The notes below the pieces were generated by a model, which worked only from the letters and a program-made list of their open reading frames with translations, searched no databases and was not told the DNA's origin. Below are positions 61,481 through 64,000 of a DNA stretch of 64,000 bases, piece after piece. Each line of letters begins with the position of its first letter. The first letter of the stretch is position 1. Origin of the DNA: Bacillota bacterium (GTDB lineage Bacteria; Bacillota; Sulfobacillia; Fermentithermobacillales; Fermentithermobacillaceae); the NCBI GenBank assembly GCA_050952085.1, contig JBMNKH010000004.1, forward strand, positions 508,793 to 572,792, in the 5' to 3' direction. A program made the translations under genes and the position numbers.

Positions 61481-62592
61481 GAGTCCTTCACATAATCACT
61501 GATACCAACATAGGCGGGGCAGGCAGGTATTTGCTGAACTTGCTGGTCCAGCCTGCGTTTGACGATATTGACGTTGTAGTTGCGTGTCCCGACGGTGAAC
61601 TCGCTGAAAGGATAGACAAGGCGGGCCTTGAGAGAATAAACATATCTGGAAAGGATGTATCATTTTCAGTTCCCCTTATCTTTGAACTGATGAGGGTCAT
61701 GAGGGAGCTCAAGCCCGGATTGGTCCATACCCACTCCAGCTTGTCAGGAAGGATTGCCGCACGGGCGTTGGGGATCCCAGTTGTCTACACAAAGCACAAC
61801 CTGGTTAGAATCCCGTCTGCTTCAGGGCAGGTTCCCCCTCCTGCAGGCCCGGTCAAGCGGAGGATAAACGGGATAGCTGCCGAGATGCTGGCAGACGGGG
61901 CGATTGCCGTGTCCCAGGGTGTGTACAAGGAACTAGTAGAGTCTGGGCTCAGTGAGTCCATGGTCTACTGTGTGCAAAACGGGATTGAACTTAGCCCGTA
62001 CAAGCCTGTAGATTTGCGAAAGAAGCGTGCTGAAGGAGACAAGGTGATTGTTGGCACCCTTGCCCGGCTTCACCGTCAGAAAGCCCTGGAAGTGATGCTT
62101 GATGCAGCTAAACTGGTGGTAGCTTCGCTGCCTGAGGCGAGGTTCGTGATAGGCGGAACAGGCCCTATGGAAGATCTTCTGAAAGCGAGGATCGCCGGAT
62201 TGAAGCTGGAACCCTACGTCAAAATGGTTGGTTTCGTCGAGGATGTGCCAGGCTTCCTTTCAGGTCTGGATATATATGCCCTGTCTTCTGATTACGAGGG
62301 ATTGCCCCTAGCCGTGCTTGAAGCCATGGCAGCAGGGCTTCCAATTGCATCAACTGCAGTAGGCGGTGTGCCAGAAGCGGTTATTGACGGTGAAAACGGT
62401 TTCCTCGTCCCACCGAGGAACAGCCGCTTGCTTGCCCAGGCCATAGTGAGGCTGGCGGTAGATCCTGAACTTGCAGCTCAGATGGGGGCAGAAAGCCGCA
62501 GGCGGATGGAAGAACTTTTCGACGCAAAAATCATGGCCCGGAAGACGGTAGAAGTATACAGCCAGGTGCTGAAACAAAAGGGACGGGCCTGA
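61477..62592 (+). CDS. Family 4 glycosyltransferase (GT4)
   Basis: ATGA overlap with the upstream gene. EGLPLAVLEAMAAGLPIAST (E-x7-E region) is typical of GT4. Confidence 0.85.
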   Translation: MRVLHIITDTNIGGAGRYLLNLLVQPAFDDIDVVVACPDGELAERIDKAGLERINISGKDVSFSVPLIFELMRVMRELKPGLVHTHSSLSGRIAARALGIPVVYTKHNLVRIPSASGQVPPPAGPVKRRINGIAAEMLADGAIAVSQGVYKELVESGLSESMVYCVQNGIELSPYKPVDLRKKRAEGDKVIVGTLARLHRQKALEVMLDAAKLVVASLPEARFVIGGTGPMEDLLKARIAGLKLEPYVKMVGFVEDVPGFLSGLDIYALSSDYEGLPLAVLEAMAAGLPIASTAVGGVPEAVIDGENGFLVPPRNSRLLAQAIVRLAVDPELAAQMGAESRRRMEELFDAKIMARKTVEVYSQVLKQKGRA

Positions 62593-62607
62593 TTATTTCA
62601 GCACCTG
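62564..62607. terminator. 12-bp perfect hairpin (CAGGTGCTGAAA-N20-TTTCAGCACCTG) between convergent GT4 and ABC-exporter genes
   Basis: Both arms read directly from the sequence. There is no clear U-tract, so this may be a stabiliser hairpin or an intrinsic-terminator variant. Confidence 0.4.
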
Positions 62608-62612
62608 CCTCC

Positions 62613-64000
62613 TCAAGCGCGCCTGAATTGTGCCTGGTACAAGTTGGCATACCGCCCGCCCAGTGCAACCAGTTCATCGTGGGTCCCTGATTCTGTGATC
62701 TGCCCGCCTTCTATTACCATTATCCTGTCAGCAGACCTTACAGTGGATAGCCTATGGGCGATTATGAAAGATGTCCTGCCCCTAAGCAGCGTTTTGAGGG
62801 CTTGTTGTATAAGCTGTTCTGTTTCAGGGTCCACACTGGAAGTAGCTTCGTCAAGGATAAGGATCCTCGGGTCGGCAAGGATTGCCCTGGCAAAAGCGAG
62901 TAATTGCCGCTGTCCTGCCGACAGGTTGGTGCCCCGTTCGGTAACCTCTGAGTCATAGCCTTTGGGCATACTTTCAATGAAATCATGGATACACGCTGCT
63001 TTAGCTGCCCGGACCACTTCTTCCATAGTTGCATCAGGTTTCCCGAACAGCAGGTTATCTTTAATGGTGCCGGAGAAAATCAGCGTATCTTGCAGCACGA
63101 TACCCAGCTGGCTCCTGTAAGACGGCAAACTTACCTGCGCAAGGTCGTAGCCGTCCACGGTGACCTTGCCTGACGAAGGCTGGTAAAATCTCGCCAACAG
63201 GTTGATGATGGTCGTCTTGCCTGCACCGGTCGGGCCCACCAGCGCAATGGTTTCTCCCGCACTTACCCTGAAACATACGTCTGTGAGCACAGGTTCGCCA
63301 GGTTTGTAGGCGAAGCATACATCCTCAAATACCACTTCTCCTTCAAGCCGTGGGACCTCAATGAGCCCTTCCTGTGCTACAGAGCCTGTTTCCGGCCGGA
63401 GGTCAAGGATGGTGAACACCCTTTCGGCTGAGGCCATGGCTGAAAGGATCTGGCTCCAAACCCTGGAGAAAGTGCTTATCGGGGCCCAGAACTTGCCAAG
63501 GTAGTTCACAAATGCCACCACCAGACCTATGGTCATGGTTCCCCGGACTACCGAGCTTGTTCCATACCAGATTACAATCGCGGTCCCGATGGCACCTACG
63601 ATATCGGTAAGCGGCCAGAAGGCTTGGTCCAGGCGGATAGCGCGCATGTATGCGTCAAAGTATTTCTTGTTAAACCCGCTGAACTTGACACTATTGTGTT
63701 TTTCGTAGCCATAGGCCTGGATTACAGATAAGCCTTGGATGGTTTCGTTGAGATGGGCGTTTATGCTTGCAACTGCCTTGCGGGTATCTCCCCATGCATC
63801 CTCAAGCGCCCATCTTACCTTGGTCAATACAAATCCCAAGAGCGGTATTGTTACAAAGGACAATAGCGCCATCTTCCAGTTCAGGTACAACATTATCTCA
63901 ACGATGCCTATCAGGGATAACAGCTGGCTTATCAGGTTCACTATTCCCGACGCTGCCAGGTTGCCTATGTGGTTAACGTCATTGGTAATCCTTGAAACGA
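62613..64000 (-). CDS. ABC exporter, fused permease-ATPase (MsbA/type I exporter-like), N-terminus beyond the window
   Basis: Walker A motif GPTGAGKTT, signature LSAGQRQLLAFAR and Walker B motif ILILDEATSSVD. The transmembrane domain extends upstream. Confidence 0.85.
   Translation of the reverse strand, partial: VSRITNDVNHIGNLAASGIVNLISQLLSLIGIVEIMLYLNWKMALLSFVTIPLLGFVLTKVRWALEDAWGDTRKAVASINAHLNETIQGLSVIQAYGYEKHNSVKFSGFNKKYFDAYMRAIRLDQAFWPLTDIVGAIGTAIVIWYGTSSVVRGTMTIGLVVAFVNYLGKFWAPISTFSRVWSQILSAMASAERVFTILDLRPETGSVAQEGLIEVPRLEGEVVFEDVCFAYKPGEPVLTDVCFRVSAGETIALVGPTGAGKTTIINLLARFYQPSSGKVTVDGYDLAQVSLPSYRSQLGIVLQDTLIFSGTIKDNLLFGKPDATMEEVVRAAKAACIHDFIESMPKGYDSEVTERGTNLSAGQRQLLAFARAILADPRILILDEATSSVDPETEQLIQQALKTLLRGRTSFIIAHRLSTVRSADRIMVIEGGQITESGTHDELVALGGRYANLYQAQFRRA

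Overview
The window looks like chromosomal DNA from a moderately GC-rich, spore-forming, anaerobic Firmicute (Clostridia-like). The evidence is the gene content: sleB/cwlJ, mreBCD-minCDE-rodA, pcrA-ligA-gatCAB, rnf, a multimeric [FeFe] hydrogenase, and frequent GTG/TTG starts with AGGAGG-type ribosome-binding sites.

Order of content on the + strand:
- 1-4.2 kb: 3' end of an Rnf ion-translocating ferredoxin:NAD oxidoreductase operon (rnfD-rnfE-rnfA-rnfB, with no rnfG between D and E) followed by apbE.
- 4.2-13.5 kb: a cell-shape and division cluster (DUF4321-maf-radC-mreBCD-PBP2-minCDE-rodA-rseC-like).
- 13.5-16.8 kb, minus strand: an XPB/Rad25-type SF2 helicase translationally coupled to a large uncharacterised partner.
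- 17-25.3 kb: pcrA-ligA-gatCAB-murB.
- 25.4-32.1 kb: an accessory-looking stretch. It holds an M14 carboxypeptidase, a PadR/DUF2812(frameshifted)/PLDc_N/ABC-2 exporter module, an SGNH hydrolase bracketed by terminators, and an hcp (hybrid-cluster protein) gene inactivated by an internal deletion.
- 32.2-34.4 kb: a tandem-DUF1538 membrane protein and a tandem P-II-like protein.
- 35.2-44.3 kb: a sensory [FeFe]-hydrogenase-like regulator (RsbW-like kinase domain fused to a degenerate H-cluster domain), a DRTGG protein and a GHKL ATPase, then a hydC-hydD-hydB-hydA electron-bifurcating-type [FeFe] hydrogenase. HydB is fused to a GltD/NfnB-like NADPH oxidoreductase module.
- 44.5-64 kb: trmH-family methyltransferase and niaR; a c-di-AMP (ydaO-type) riboswitch in front of a SleB/CwlJ-family cell-wall hydrolase; an ECF S-component-like gene with a NiaR-type palindrome; FmdB; an M20 peptidase; HAD; an Ogg-like glycosylase; a DAG-kinase-like lipid kinase; an aldolase-like protein; flavin reductase; crotonase; a 956-aa PEGA-domain surface protein with internal repeats; and an envelope glycosylation cluster (DUF4330, O-antigen-ligase-like, GT4) facing a convergent MsbA-like ABC exporter.

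I found no CRISPR arrays, rRNA or tRNA genes, transposases or integrases. All domain assignments come from reading the translated motifs by eye; nothing was computed.
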